This document shows, in pieces, positions 1 to 13,381 of a stretch of 64,000 nucleotides of DNA; the stretch's first letter is position 1; each line of letters opens with the position of its first letter. The notes below the pieces were generated by a model. It searched no databases. It saw only the letters and a list, made by a program, of their open reading frames with translations, and had not been told where the DNA came from. The stretch is from Tricharina praecox (Eukaryota), in assembly GCF_024521635.1 (NCBI RefSeq), contig NW_026250410.1:868001-932000 (forward strand), read 5' to 3'. A program made the translations under genes and the position numbers.

Positions 1-1088
1 ATAATTGGAGCACCTATCTACTTCACCGGGTCGATTTCCCATGCCCTGTCCGTGTAACCCGCCGGTAAGATCAGCTCCCAAGGATATCGAGCGCGCATGA
101 GTCCCAACGATGCTTCTTCACCGCGCTGGTTTATACCGTACAGAAGGATAATTCCGACCCCAGCCCCGGTCCCGAGTCCACACGGCAGCTCCAGTATCTA
201 GTCCGATGCAGAACTCCATTGAAGCCGAGCTCCTTCCCAACAGACCCAAATAGTAATACTACGGATGTCCAGACCTAATTACATACCAGCAGTGCTGACC
301 GGTTTGAAAATCTGTCCAAACTGCATGCAACCGACTATGATGAAGGGAATATGAACCGAGCTGTATAAATAAGGAGCTAACAAGGTAGTTTGGTTTGCCG
401 GTGAGAAGCAGCCAAACAGTTTGACCGGCAAAGTGGGATCAAATGGCGCACACGAGCGAGGCCTCGATGGTATGAGTCGAAGTGAAGCGAGTGTATGTAG
501 GCCACCAATAATCGTGCATCGCAGCTGAGCGCAAGCGAGGTCGTTGAGAAAAGTTGGAATAGCCGCCATTCCTGAATCTCTAAAGCTATCCAGAATGACA
601 CCTTGAACCAGATTTCCGATTCGCATGATCAACCGGATAAGCAGAATCCACGATGCCAACTAGGTACAATGCCCAAATCTACTTGGTCAACGATTCATTT
701 GAACTAGAAAACCAATTCAAATTGAAGTTGCCCCATCGGCGGGCCAGTGCCTTCGGTGACTGGGGGAGAAGGAAAACCCAGAAAGTGCGTATATTGCCAT
801 CATCTGGATAGTTCGCATGCAACTGAATGTTGTGATAAAAAATACTCTGCTGGCAAAAATCCCTAGAAGCACTTACAAATTGAAGCAAGCATGACAGAAG
901 AACAAGAGAAGCGGAGAATCATTGTAAGAAAACAGACCAAAACAAGAAAGATTATCGTCGATCATTAAATTCCCAAATAACACGCACGCAGTAGTTAAAA
1001 TCTGATGAGAAATCGTCGGATATATATTTAGAATCACTGAGTCAAACCTATCCTTCGGTATGCGTCTACAGCACTGCAGGCAGATCCA

Positions 1089-2616
1089 TTAGTACGAATA
1101 ATCATGGGGTAGTAGCCAGAAGGAGACGGAAGGAGAGGAGGTGTAGAGCAACTGACATAGGTAATTTTTTATTATATACTCTGTCGTCACAGTCGAGGGT
1201 GTGTCTGCTCCGTCTGTCACTGAGCTCGCGGAACTTGGAGGAGCCGCCTCTATTTCGGGCCACAGAACGTTTTGGGTCGTACAGACAGCAGAAGCGCAGT
1301 GTGCTCGTTCGGGTCCGGAGATGTCAGTTCGAAAAGAGCGCATCTCGAAATATCGTCGCCACGATAGCAACTCAGTTTCGAGTTTGGCCTGGCGAGCCTG
1401 CGCAGCTGAAGCGCGAGCCAACGCGGCTGAAGCCCGTGTGTTGCCGCTGGTCAATGTCTCCGTAAGGCAATCGTTCCTCGTTTGCAATTGAAATACTGCT
1501 CTGGCCCAGGATTCACACCCTAGTTCCCGTTCCAGTGCGGTCTCATTATCGCGTTCCCGTAGTGCGGTCTTCAATTCGCTGAGCTCGGCCTGAACGACTT
1601 GGTGCTGTGCACATTGTTCTGTGGCATTCCGTTTCAGAGACTCGATCTCGGCCATGAGCGCGCTGCGCTCGACACAGAACTCTGAATTCTCAGCCCTCAG
1701 CTTCTTGATCACTTCAATCCCTCTTAGGAGCTTTGCGGCGTAAAGCCCTACAGCCGCAGACACCAGCACCTCTTCGGGAGTGGTAAGAGTGGTAAGCTGT
1801 TGCTGCTCGGAAGCCGATCCGTTGTCTGGGGGATGCTGTAGCGAGCCCGTGATGTTCTCCGTTTCCGTAGCCGCTTCAGATATCAACATGCCTCCTCGAG
1901 GAATCCTTTCCTCTCCATCCGCGCGCAGGGCACTATAGTCAGAAAGAGCGGTTTGATGGCCGGGAGCCGTCTCGATTGCCTGCGCAGTACTATCCTCGGT
2001 AGAGGCTTCCTCTGCGCCCGACGACTCGTCACCATCGGCAGAAATGACGATTTCGTGGTCGGGAGCCGTCTCGGTTGCCTGCGCAGTACTCTCCTTGCCT
2101 TCCAAAATCTGCGTAATCGCTTTTGCCTTGTCTTGGATCATCTTCTTGCGTTCTGCTCTCTCCTTCAACACTCTTGCTTCTTCACGTTTCCGTAACTGCG
2201 CATGCACTTCGGCCTTCACGTCTTCGTCATCGATCCCATCCGTAAGCTTCTCGTATTCTCCAGCGATCTCCTCATCGATCTTCCGTTCAATCTGTAGATC
2301 CTCGTCAATCTTATCGGCAAGTAGTGTTTCGGTCTGACCCATCAAACCTGAGAGAGAATTGATTGTAAAACGGGTGTGCAGCCCAACCGATACTGGAGAA
2401 TCGTTCCAGAACATGGACCTTGTTCCCGTCTCCCTGATAAATGACGTCATTGTGCCGGTGCGCCCATACGTCGTGGCAATAATAAACTCCTTGCCTGGGT
2501 AGAGGAGCTTGCAGTTCGCTGTCGGGCTTAATTTAGGCGCCTATAACCGCGTATCTTGGTGGGATGCATGTGCACGCACCCATGATTTGCTCTCGGTATC
2601 CCATAATATCGGCCAT
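1089..2616 (-). CDS. Hypothetical acidic coiled-coil protein (at least 2 exons)
   Basis: Exon 1 MADIMGYREQIMG ends at a GTGCGT donor (~2577). A CTAAAT...CAG acceptor (~2520) splices in frame (ANCKLLYPGKEFII...) into the 453-aa ORF 1089..2450. E/K/R-rich heptad-like segments and an internal duplication STAQA(T/I)ETAP. The 3' end may contain another intron. Confidence 0.6.
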
Positions 2617-3561
2617 AGTAGTTTTGTGGGCGGGATGTCTTCGGTGAGTGGTTGTAGAGAGGTATATGAGATAGTTGAGGGGTGATGGTTCGATCCTAAT
2701 GTGGAGAGGAGATCGGATCACGTTGGGCTCGGGTATGTAGAGTAGGTACAGAAAGGTTGACTGACCAGCCCTGAGTCGAGCCATGAGAGCTGGAGGCTGC
2801 AGCATAAGCCCCTCATGCTGTGTCACCGTGGGATATGACGCTGTGGCCGTCCCGCAGCCGTTGCATCGGCCAATGAAGTACTTGGTAACCGGTGCATAAT
2901 CATTTCTTTCACCCGGGTTGGGTGTGTTTCTCAAAAGACCGTGGGATTTCCGGTAAGATGAACCATAAAGCACGGTGGAAATCTCTAAGGCCTCAAGATT
3001 ACAAAAACTCGCAGTTACTAGAACCTTGATTATTCACCGCTCATCCCCCATAAAATGGATGGGTTCGTCGGCCCTTTCGAGATGGAATGTTCGGTATGAT
3101 GATGTTGACGCCTGCGTAGACATGTCCGCGGGATAGGAGAAATGGGTTGGACCGTTGCCTTCGATTCCTTGTAAGGATCACTTGTTCGTCGGGTCGTAAC
3201 TGACCGATTATCCACTGGTTAGGTTTCGTGGTATTTTTCGGGGCCCTAGGTACTTCTATCGGGCGCTTTTTGGGCGCATTGGACTTACCCAGTCGATGTA
3301 CTCTACTCTAAAGGGTCTCCCGGCGAAGAACCTTTAAAGTCTGTCGACAGGCAGAGCTATTCAACAGATATCACTCATGCACTTAGTTAGTCAGCGGAGA
3401 GCTGTCGCAGGATTCTGCTATCACGTGGCGCTGCCAAGCCTATCTATAATCCAAACTAGCTTTGCAGTTACTACCTCAATTGTTCTTCAACCCTTGTGTT
3501 TCCACCTCGCGACCTCGCCTGTTACCTGCACCGAAACTTATCACCAATCACCACGCGCACC

Positions 3562-5438
3562 ATGGCCGAATCGTCGTTAGCCGCCGACTTACTTGCCGAT
3601 TTCAACGACTCTGATGAGGAGGAGGTTGACGAGAATGGTACTCCCGAGATTTCCAACGACCTTATCGACCAGCCTAATGGCCGTCACTCCAGATCGCGCG
3701 ACTTGATGGAACTCGATGGCGACCAAGGGCCCGGCAATGACGAAGACGAAGAGATGACAGGGATGGAGCGGCTGGGACAAACGAAAGGGAAGGGAGAGTT
3801 GTCGATAGACGACGACGAGGAGACGACAAAGGCGAAGGTCGAGAGCATGCACCTAGTTGATGTAGACGATGTCCGGAGCGTCGCGGGACTGATGAAAGTC
3901 CTTGAACCGGTTTTGGAGGTGATCATCCCCCCTTTCCGGCTGTGGCACTGCTGAGGTGATTACTGACGTGAAAGTAGAGAATCAATCACTACAAGTCGCT
4001 GCCTCCAACACAAACTTCCCTAGGAAATGTCGAAGATAACCCCGAATACAAGCTGCTGGTGGAATCAAACGCCCACGCAGTATCAATCGATAATGAAATC
4101 ATCTTGGTTCACAAGTTCATTCGCGACCATTACGCGATCCGCTTCCCGGAGCTCGAAACTCTTGTGCAAAACCCTCTTGACTACGCCAAATGCGTTTCGA
4201 TAATCGGAAACAATCTCGATATTAAAGCTTTGGAGGAACAAAATGGACACAAGCTGCGATCTGTTCTTGACGGACCGACACTCATGATTGTTACTGTTGA
4301 AGCTACGACCAACGCTGGACGGCCGTTGACAGAAAAAGAGCTCGCGACTATTATGCGAGCCGCAGATATGTCATTGGCGCTGGATAGCGCAAAGCGAACC
4401 ATCACGGCATACGTTGAGTCACGCATGTCCATCTTCGCGCCCAACACCTCAGCTATCATTGGCTCCCAAACTGCCGCACAGCTCATTAACTTTGCAGGTG
4501 GTCTCCGCGGCTTAGCCGCCACCCCCTCGTGCAACATTGCTGCGTTGGGCTCAAAACGCAACACCCAGGCTGGTCTCGCTACGAACATCGGTATCCGACA
4601 GCAGGGCTATCTCTACCACTCTCCCGTAATCCGACAAATCCCGAATGACTTGAAGAGGCAGGCCATGCGGATCGTCGCCGCCAAAGTCGTTCTGGCAAGT
4701 CGGATCGACTTCTCACATTCGTCCCCCGACGGCTCACAGGGAGAGGAGCTGAAGGAACAGGTTCTCGAAAAATTGGAGAAGCTCACAATCCCACCGCCCA
4801 ATAAAGGAACCCGGGCACTTCCGGCACCGGATGACAAGCCGTCTCGGAAACGTGGTGGACGGAGAGCTAGAAAGGCAAAGGAAGCAACCGCCATGACGGA
4901 TCTCCGGAAGGCGCAGAACCGGATGGCATTCGGCCGGCAGGAGGAGGAGACCAGCTACGGCATCGGCGACTCCACTAAGGGCATGGGGATGATCGGCCAG
5001 CAACAGAACGGCCGAGTCAGGGCATTGCAAGTCGATCAACGCACGCGTGCCAAGCTTGGAAAGAACAATCCTGGTTGGGCTGGAGTCGGCAGTGTTGCTG
5101 GTGGCGCACAGAGTCTCCTGCGCGGTTCTTCGTCTTCCAACCACGCACCCGGATTGGCAGCACTGGGCGGAAGAGGCATCATGGCGGGTACGAGTGGTTC
5201 CGCGAGTGGAACCGCGTCTTCGCTTGCGTTCACCCCGTTCCAGGGCATCGAACTTATTGATCCCAAGAAGCAGGAGGAGCGTAAGAGGAAGGCGGCAGCA
5301 GAGGAGGAAAGGTATTTCAGTGGAGGAACGTTCACGCAGGTGGGATCTGGGAGCATGTTGCCGCCTGCGAAGAAGCAGGATTCGGGTAAAGGCAAAGGAG
5401 GCCTGATGTTGCCGCCACCTTTGCCGAGGAAGTCATAA
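3562..5438 (+). CDS. PRP31: Pre-mRNA splicing factor Prp31 (U4/U6.U5 tri-snRNP; NOSIC/Nop domain)
   Basis: ATG at 3562, intron 3919-3977 (GTGATC...CTGAC...TAG), then in frame with ORF 4059..5438. Recognisable motifs: HKFIRDHYAIRFPELETLV, KRGGRRARKAKE...KAQNRMAFG, GTASSLAFTPFQGIEL. Confidence 0.96.
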
Positions 5439-7913
5439 AGCTGGTTTCGCCCGGAAGAAGCATATCTGTGTATGGCCAGAAAAGTGGTAGAAGTCGTGAT
5501 TGAGTTTTTTTTTTGCAGCCTCGCTATGTGTGGGTTGGCGTTGTGATCTGCTTGATTTGATTGCGTTATGTGTGTCTGCTTTGTTTGCGTTTGTTTCTCG
5601 TATCATATGGTTATCCAATAGTTATCTTGCAAGTCGCACGATCTATCGTGTCTGGGGGCAAGGGGGGTTCAGCAAGGTTCATTTTTAATGCGAAGGAGGC
5701 GACAGGAAGCGGTTATTGTCGTTGCTATGATTCATGAAGTTAACTGAGCATGCCCCGTTCAAAATGAGTCCCTGGGATCTCGTCCGTTCTGCCCTGTGCC
5801 ATACCTCCAGTCCCTATCCAACTACCTAAGGTACTTACGTTATACTCGACCGGATGGTGGTGTGCAGACTCCATGGGTTAGGCAAGCTGTACCTCGCTCA
5901 CTTTCTTCTCCGGCGACTTTCCTCTCAGGTATGTTCCCTATGTCCTACATCCACCGAACGAGCTGAAAATCCCCAGGACTCGTCCCGGACTGGGAATGGC
6001 GACGGTAATAAATGGCAATGGCGGAGGCAAGGTTAAGGTAGTTCTTATTAGTAGTGTGTGGATGTTCGCATGCTCCAAGACTAGCTAAGTGAAGGCCGGG
6101 GTCGCCTTAGTGAATTCCGCCGTCGGATGACGGTGTTCATCATCTACTATACCACAGGCTGGCAGAACAGTTACTCGTGGGGATCATTTACGGGAAGGGT
6201 ACCGGTAGGTGCCTATCGGGCAGAAGAGAACAATTCGTTCGGCGAACCGGAGGCTTCAGCAGACGAGGTGGATTGGACGTTGAAACTACGGTATGCAGTA
6301 GGTATGTAGTAGGTATGCAGATCTGGTGATCGGATGATCATAGTGTGTCACTCGCGATAGTTTTCGCTTTGGTCTGTTCTGGTTACCGGATAACGTCGCT
6401 GTGAATGCTATCTGTTTACCTGGCGCTCGGCATGCTGCGCCGCCCAAAGTTTCATAACTACGGGTCAGATTCATTGGTAATCGATTAGGTTGGAATGAGA
6501 AGCCGGGGAAGCCGGGGAAGCCCCCATCACTGTTCCCAACCACAAACAAGCAGAACGGGACTTCTCGCTCATTTTCCCGAGGCACGAACTTGGGGTAAAG
6601 GAGATCAGTCACGGCCAGTGGCTGTCGCTGTGGCTGTGGCTGTGGCGATGGGTGATGGTTGAAAAGTCATTCAGTGCCGATAAGTCTTCACCAAGGTTGA
6701 AGCCTGGCCTTGTCGTAGCTGTCGCATCGCGCACATAGTGGCCATCGTGACGGCGACACAGCGGTTGCCGCGCTCTCTGTGAGCGGGGATATTGTCATAT
6801 TCCTGGCTCTGGGCGAGGATGGCGTTTGTGTCGTTGAAAATAGACGCGGATGGCGCCATGTCGCACTACTGGGCGTAGATGGCATCGCGGTAGCGAGTTC
6901 GGGCAGCTCGGCGTAGCTACAACGTCGGACGCATCGTAGCTATCGCGACGGCGATACAGTGGTTATGGTGCCGTCTCCATGCGGGAATATCTCCGTGTTC
7001 CTGACTCTAGACGAGTGTTTCCGACATTGGGCTCAGATGGCGTCGTATCGTTAGAACTAAGCGCAGGTGGAGCGGCGACGGCGAGTTTAGGCGGCAAGGA
7101 CGTGCGACACGCAGATGCTAGTGCCGGACGGAGGTGACGTCGTCCAGACCCCACGTTTTTTTTCATGATTAGAAGGGGCTTTTAGTATGACAGTCGCGGA
7201 GGACAACCCTTGACTGTCACCAGGACTTAGGCGAAGGTTCCCCATGTAATTGAACGCACTCCTGATCCCTATTTGGAGTCCGTAGCCACCCCCCAAGGTG
7301 TTCTATTATGGCTAGGTACCTCGTAGTAATGAGTTGAAATCACTATATATCACCGGGTAACATTTGCACTTAGCGGACGTTGATTGCGGAGCACGCAGGC
7401 CACGAGCAGTAGCTAACACGGTCAGCGAGTCGAATTGGCTTACTCCGTTGTGCGTCTGAGGTGGCAAGTATGCACTTGGATTAGTTGCTTATCCTCTTGC
7501 TCTGTTTTTGTGATACTCGTCGACGGTTCGGCGATCGCCAACAAAACGATCTGGAGATGAGGAATAGAGAAAGTGTAGTGGAGTTTTATGATCGGAGTCA
7601 TCCAAGATCGCCTGGCTAGCTCCTCAGGAAGAAGCGAGCGATGGCAACCGACACAACCCATCACGGCTTTTTCGTCCTATCCTCTACATAGAAGGTCCTC
7701 AGCCCGTTGCTGTGGTTATACCCGCCGTTTCGTTCCGTTCACGTTCACAAAAGGCCAACAGAACCTCCCTATTGGACAAGCGATTGCAAAACTTGAGGCT
7801 TCATGCTCTTTATGACTAATTGGTGTCTTGAGTCCTGTCGTGAATCAAGTATTGAGGAATCTATCTATTATTCACATCTCTAGATCCCCGCAGCTGCATT
7901 TTCCGCTTGGTCC

Positions 7914-9744
7914 TTACCCAGAAAACTCTACCATACACCCTCTAAGTTCACACTCAACCTTTTCATAAAATGCCCTCTGTAGTCTCGCAGGCGTCAGATC
8001 CTCCTCATCGATCGCAAAGTTGCAATAAAAGCACCTCCTAACAACGAGGCCGTACCGCCGGCCCATAACGCGGTCGATAGTCTTAGCGAGTCCCTGGGCG
8101 CCGGCATACTCCCTGGCGTGATTCCACTCCTTCTCCGCAGCCTCCCCCTTCTCCCCCTCCATACACAGATTCTTCAAGGTATCTCCATACCCAATTTCTA
8201 TAAGCGCGATTGCGAGTGAATACAGTTGTTCGTTCTTTGCCAGACAGGTGCCGGTATTGTAAGCGGGTTTCGAGGTGGATGGGTTGAAGTGCACAGAGAT
8301 GTGCGGAAAGTCCAAGGCGGCGGAAGAGTCGCCGTCTTGCATGAAGTATATGTCGCCAGTCCGCCAGTTCTCGCGGAACCAGTTGGTTGTGTAGAAGCCG
8401 AAGCGGAGGAGGGAGGCAGAGAGGATCCATGCCAGCCGGTAGCGTCGTGTGGGAGGTAGGATGGACCGCGTCCGTGATAATGGCGCGCGCTCAAATACTC
8501 GTGGGAGGGATATTCGCGATACGGAAGGTTTTTGGAACTCGGTGTAGATGTGTCGATGGGCGTCTGTACTCGGAAGAGCGCCGAGGTAAGAGGGGGTGTT
8601 TATGGGAGAAGTGAGTGAGCTTATGGAAGAGCAAAGGTCCGTGAGGGTTTCGCTGAGCGAGGCAGCGGAGCCATCCGTTTCGTATACAAACTGGAGCTTC
8701 TTCTTAGGTTTCATAACTGTTGCTGCTTCCTTTGGGGGAAGTTTGGTGTATGGAGGTGGTGCCGGTGTGCTGGTGGGTGTTGGGGCACCCGGGTCTGTTC
8801 GAACGGAAAGACAGGTGCAGGATACTTTCTCTTCCACCCCGGATGGTGTTAGGAAGAGTTTAAAGCTGGTGTTCTGAACCTCCATTCGTTTTCCATTTTC
8901 CAGCCTTTCTATCTCGGCCTCCTTCTCCGACTCGCATTGCAGCTGGAAGTAGAAGCGGTGGCAAGTGCAGTTGACCACCGACGCCATCGCGGCAAACACC
9001 CGCTTCGCCGTTTTTTGCACCTCCGTCACTTGAGGCATGCGGTCTATAGCCACGGGCGCTTTTGAGGCCAAGACAGGCTTGGGTTCTGTGGCGCGGTAAC
9101 GGCGCTTTTGCGAGGCCTCTCTTTGCCGTCCTACGCGAGTTAGCCGGAAAGCCGACGGGATACACAGAGACACATACGCAAGTTTAGCAGATCACCTAGT
9201 TGGGCTCGCAGTAAAGTCAAGAGCGCATCAAGATTTGGAGTCTCGGATGGCCGATGCAGTTTCTTGTACATGTTCTTGATCGATCCCGCCTGTTCCGACC
9301 TCGTTAATAACTTTTCCCCAGAGAAAATTCCCGGCCAATTCAACCCACCAGCTTCTGATCTTTGTCGGCGGTAACTGTAACCTTGGTGATCTCCTTCTCC
9401 AGCTCCTCGATGGTCCCTCTAATTATCGCGAAGGGTAGTACGCTCTCGTCGAAGAAAGCGCCGAGATGTGCCTTGAACTTCTCCTGGAAATCGCGATCTT
9501 CCCACATCGGATGGCCTTCGTTCGACAGCATCTCGCGTATCAGGGCCTCGTCGAAATCTGACGAGAAGAGGAGGATGCATTCATTGTCGAAGAGTTTCTT
9601 CTGCAGGGAGATTTGCGCATTGAGGGTACGCAGTTTCCGGGGAAAATTCTTGGTGGCGGCGATCCGGTTCGTGAGTGACTGTACCGCCTGATATGTTGGG
9701 ACTATGAGGCCCACGGCACCCAAGAGAAGGCCCGTTACTTCCAT
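7914..9744 (-). CDS. Protein with HeLo-like (prion-inhibition-type) N-terminal helical domain and C-terminal degenerate kinase-like (DUF7580-type) domain; 3 exons
   Basis: N-terminus MEVTGLLLGAVGLIVPTYQAV...QKKLFDNECILL...HPMWED. Introns at ~9348-9291 and ~9176-9131 join three ORFs in frame. C-terminus RYRLAWILSASLL..WFRENWRTGDIYF..LYSLAIALIEIGYG..YGLVVRRCFYCNF..FYEKV. Family assignment is from motif recall. Confidence 0.7.
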
Positions 9745-10198
9745 ACTGGCGGCGACGGAAGCGCGAAGTGAGGTGGAGGTCGAAGCGGGGTTATATCAGA
9801 ACGATTTCCGGCAATGTATTTCGTCAGAGCTTCGCCACACTAGAATGAGGTCGGGCACGCTGTCGCCGATCAATCGATCAATTGCGAATCAGGAAGTTCT
9901 AGGCAGCAGGGTGCTGCGCCTTTTTTGCAAGCATCCTGATGCGATGCGGGGGCGGCGCATGGCGGGGCGCTTGTGACTGTGCCCATGGAAGGGCTCGTAA
10001 ATTGCCGAAGGATTATGATCGTACCCTGCTTGTCATCCTTGCACAAAGCTGCCTGCCATATCCCGCACGCTTCGCCCCACCACTAACAACCAAACACAAC
10101 CGACTAGATGTCTTTACAGAGAGCGGGGGGAGTGAAGATTTTCGAGAAAGCAGAGCAGGCGCCGCAGCTACGACTTCCACTTCCAACTTCCACCTCCA

Positions 10199-13100
10199 AT
10201 GGTGTCCTACGATCGCGACCATCACCATAGCAACGGCAACAACTCCAGTGGTCCTTCGAAGGAGAGTGAGCCCTCCGCCGGCTTTTGCAGGGAGCTTTTC
10301 GATCTCATACGTGACCTCTTCAACGCCCTTAACCTGTCTGGAAGAGTCAGTGACGATGATTCCGAGGAAGCATTTCTGGCCCAAAACGAGGCGGGGCGAT
10401 TTCGCATCTGGGGGTCTGGCTTCGACGTTGCAGATGGCGGGCTGGACGAGCTGTTGGATGGATCGGTGTTGCAGGGTGCGGTCGTGGTGCAGTTCGTTGG
10501 GATCGCTCGAAAACTGAGTCGATGTATGGCCGTTATTCCGGTGTGATGGACGGATGAGTTGACGCGAATTGCTCAGATGTCGAACGCGATTCCGACCTCT
10601 TTCGCTACCTCACATCCACACTCGAAAAGGCAGAATATCTCTTCCCCGAAGCTGTCGAAGACGGAGATGAGGATGAGTTGGATCTCCTGGAAACCCTCGA
10701 GGATGTCTCGATCCTCAATGACGGGCTATATCAGCTCACTCCCTTCCTCGAATCGATCCCGATCGAATATGAGGAGAATGGAGAGCATCAACATCCTGGC
10801 CTTATCACCACGGGCACGGCGGAGATCAAAGCGCTGTATGTCAACATCCTCGACAAATGGCCCTCAGCAGAGGTCAACATTGCGCTGGTAGACCGTCTGG
10901 CAACGTTGAACGGGCGACGCAAAAAGCGAATATGGGAATTGAAGGAAAAGCACGAAAGAGCTCCACCGGAACCACCCAGCGCAGGAGGAGGGGGGCTAGG
11001 GTATTCCCCTAGCTCATATGCCCCATCAACCAGGTACACTATGGGCTCTAGTATTGCTTCGATACCGTCGAGTCTTCAGACATTACAGGATGATCGCAAC
11101 TACGCCAGGAGCGAGGCAAGCATGAGTTCACTTAACAGCATGGACCTGGCAGTTGTTGGAGTCACCACGATACCACCACCGCCCGTGAGATTGGGTCCTG
11201 GTGTTAGCTTCCAGTGCAATCTGTGCTTTGAGACATTGCACGGAGTCGAAACGAAGTATCGATGGAAGTAAGCTTGCCCCTTGCCTATGAGAGCTAATCC
11301 TATCATGTTAAACCATGTTCGAAGCATACTGATAGTGTCGAAGAAAGCACGTATTCAAAGACCTACAGCCCTACAGTTGCTCGTTCTTACAATGCCCACT
11401 ACCCGTAACTCATCTCTTCAACTCTCGCACTGAATGGGTAAACCACGAATTCGACGTGCACCGATCTCTCCCTTGCTGGATTTGCATAACCGACTGCGGC
11501 CTTGAGTTCGACGACCAACACACCTTCCGCGACCACCTTACAGCCCATCTCGGTACCGAAATTCCGGATAACGAGCTCACCGAAATAGTGAGGAAATGCG
11601 GGCAGAGAAAACCTATGCCTGCAACGCAGACAACCGTGTGCCCCTTATGCCGCGAAACGATCCCGGAGACGAAACGGAGCATAAGCAAGCATCTTGGGAG
11701 GCATATGGAAGAGATTTCGCTTGCAGTCGTGCCGACGGAGAACTACAACCTCGAATGGGAAGAAAGCTCCGAAGAGGGCGAAGCGAGCTCCACAGATGAG
11801 GAAGGCGATGGGGGGATCGGTCATCATCTCACCATGGAAGCCCGGAGGAGGAGTACAGAAATCGTCGCCAGCGTGCTGACAACATGTTTCAATCGTATAC
11901 ATGAAAGGTATTCAAAGCTGTTAACGTCTGTTGATAATCCGGATTGGAAGAAGGGGGTATTTTCGCTCGTGAAGACCTATGATGCGAGTGGCAAGTGCCT
12001 AGATGTTATGAGGGAGGATCTTTTAGCAGAGATATCGATAATGTTAGGAGACGAGCCGGAAATCGTGGGCATCAGAAGCGCAGCTAGTTCGACCGAGGAC
12101 TACGACTTGTTTCTCGATCAGAAAATATACGATCAGGTTTATTACCATCTACACACCAGACAGGCAGCCCCTGCATTTCAACAGTAGTTACCCCCGATCA
12201 TTCGAGTGTGCCGTTTGTGAATGTCGCTCACATAGATGCAGATGCCACAACTGCGAAGATGTCTTCACATCGAGCAGGCGGGATTGCCCTAATTGCGGCC
12301 ATAATTTCTGTACCCACTGTGGAAGTGCTATTCTTGCAGCAAGCATGCATTCTGCGGTTGAGGGTCAGCTCGTGGGATCCGTATTGCCAAAGCTCGCGAA
12401 CAGGCCGCCAGTACCCAACGACCATATTGGGCCAAGCTCATATACTCCGGATAATCTTTCACACCTTTCTAGTCCTCTCCAAACCAAACAGTCCGAACCT
12501 GACGCCCCTGACGTCGTCTTGTACCCTCCGGGCCCTCCAGACCCTCCAGAAATTACCATCACACCAAGCCCAGAGCTTCAAGCTAAGCGGCCTGAACCGA
12601 AACCAACCGCCGTAGCCGGCTCTGCCACTGGAACCGATGCTGGAACCAGTGCTGATGTGGTCACTCGATCCATCGTCGTTGATAAGAAGCACTACCCCCG
12701 GTTGATTGGGGCAGGCGGTGGGTCATTCGATAAAAACCCCTGATAGGACTCCAGCTGATTCTGTTTCCGATCCCTTTCCAGGTGCAACACTGGCCACGAT
12801 CATTTTAGAATCAGGAGGCCCAGTCACTAAATCAGCGCAATCTCGAGTGGTGCGATTTCCTCGATCTGACTCGCCGTCGAAACGGGTGGTCGTAACGGCA
12901 AGTCTACCCGTGGCCGAGGCCATCGTGGAACGCATCAAACTCATGGTCGCCGAGTTTGATGGGAAAGGCCCGAAGCCGAACGACCCCATTACCCCGAAGG
13001 ATCAAGTTAGGGAACGTTACGAGAGGGTAGAGCAGATGGCTACTCAGGGTCGCAGCCCTGCCATATCGGAGGCGGATAGTCGGAACGCCAGTCCTAGTCG

Positions 13101-13381
13101 ACCAACCATTTCCGTGGGGAGGGCCGCCTCTCAGACTGCAGTACCACCCCCCTCTTTTTATTTGATGTTTCCTCCATGAAAGGTTACTAACGAACCGAAT
13201 GTAGGAGATCCGCGGGAAAGGAAAAGCACCGGTTATACGGCCATCGCCAGAAGTAAAACCGTGGGACGATGAAAATATAGACGGCCAATACCATCAGGAG
13301 CCAGCACCGAGGACTAAGGGTTCGCGCAGAAGAGACAGGAAGAAAAAGGGGGATTCTGCTCGTCGGGAAGCTGAGCCATAG
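10199..13381 (+). CDS. Multidomain protein: N-terminal helical domain, C2H2 zinc-finger array, CxxC zinc ribbon and KH domain; ~6 exons
   Basis: Introns at ~10524-10576, ~11268-11343, 12184-12235, 12718-12781 and 13141-13204 join the ORFs in frame. Motifs: FQCNLC..WKKHVFKDLQPYSCSFLQC, WVNHEFDVH, CWIC..FRDHLTAH, CPLC..KHLGRHMEEISL; CHNC..CPNCGHNFCTHC; KH-like HYPRLIGAGGATLATI...VRFP...VVVTAS...EAIVERIKLMV. Stop TAG at 13379-13381. Confidence 0.72.

Noticed and set aside
279..888. Minus-strand ORFs 279..659 and 679..888
   Set aside because: Somewhat protein-like, but I could not build a consistent spliced model or recognise a family.
6286..7300. Short ORFs in a CpG-rich stretch between PRP31 and the HeLo-like gene
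   Set aside because: No motif, splice model or repeat boundary that I could support.
12185..12187. TAG ending ORF 11456..12187 as a candidate A-to-I-edited or readthrough stop
   Set aside because: It lies inside a plausible intron (GTAGTT...CTCAC...TAG, 12184-12235) whose removal restores the frame.
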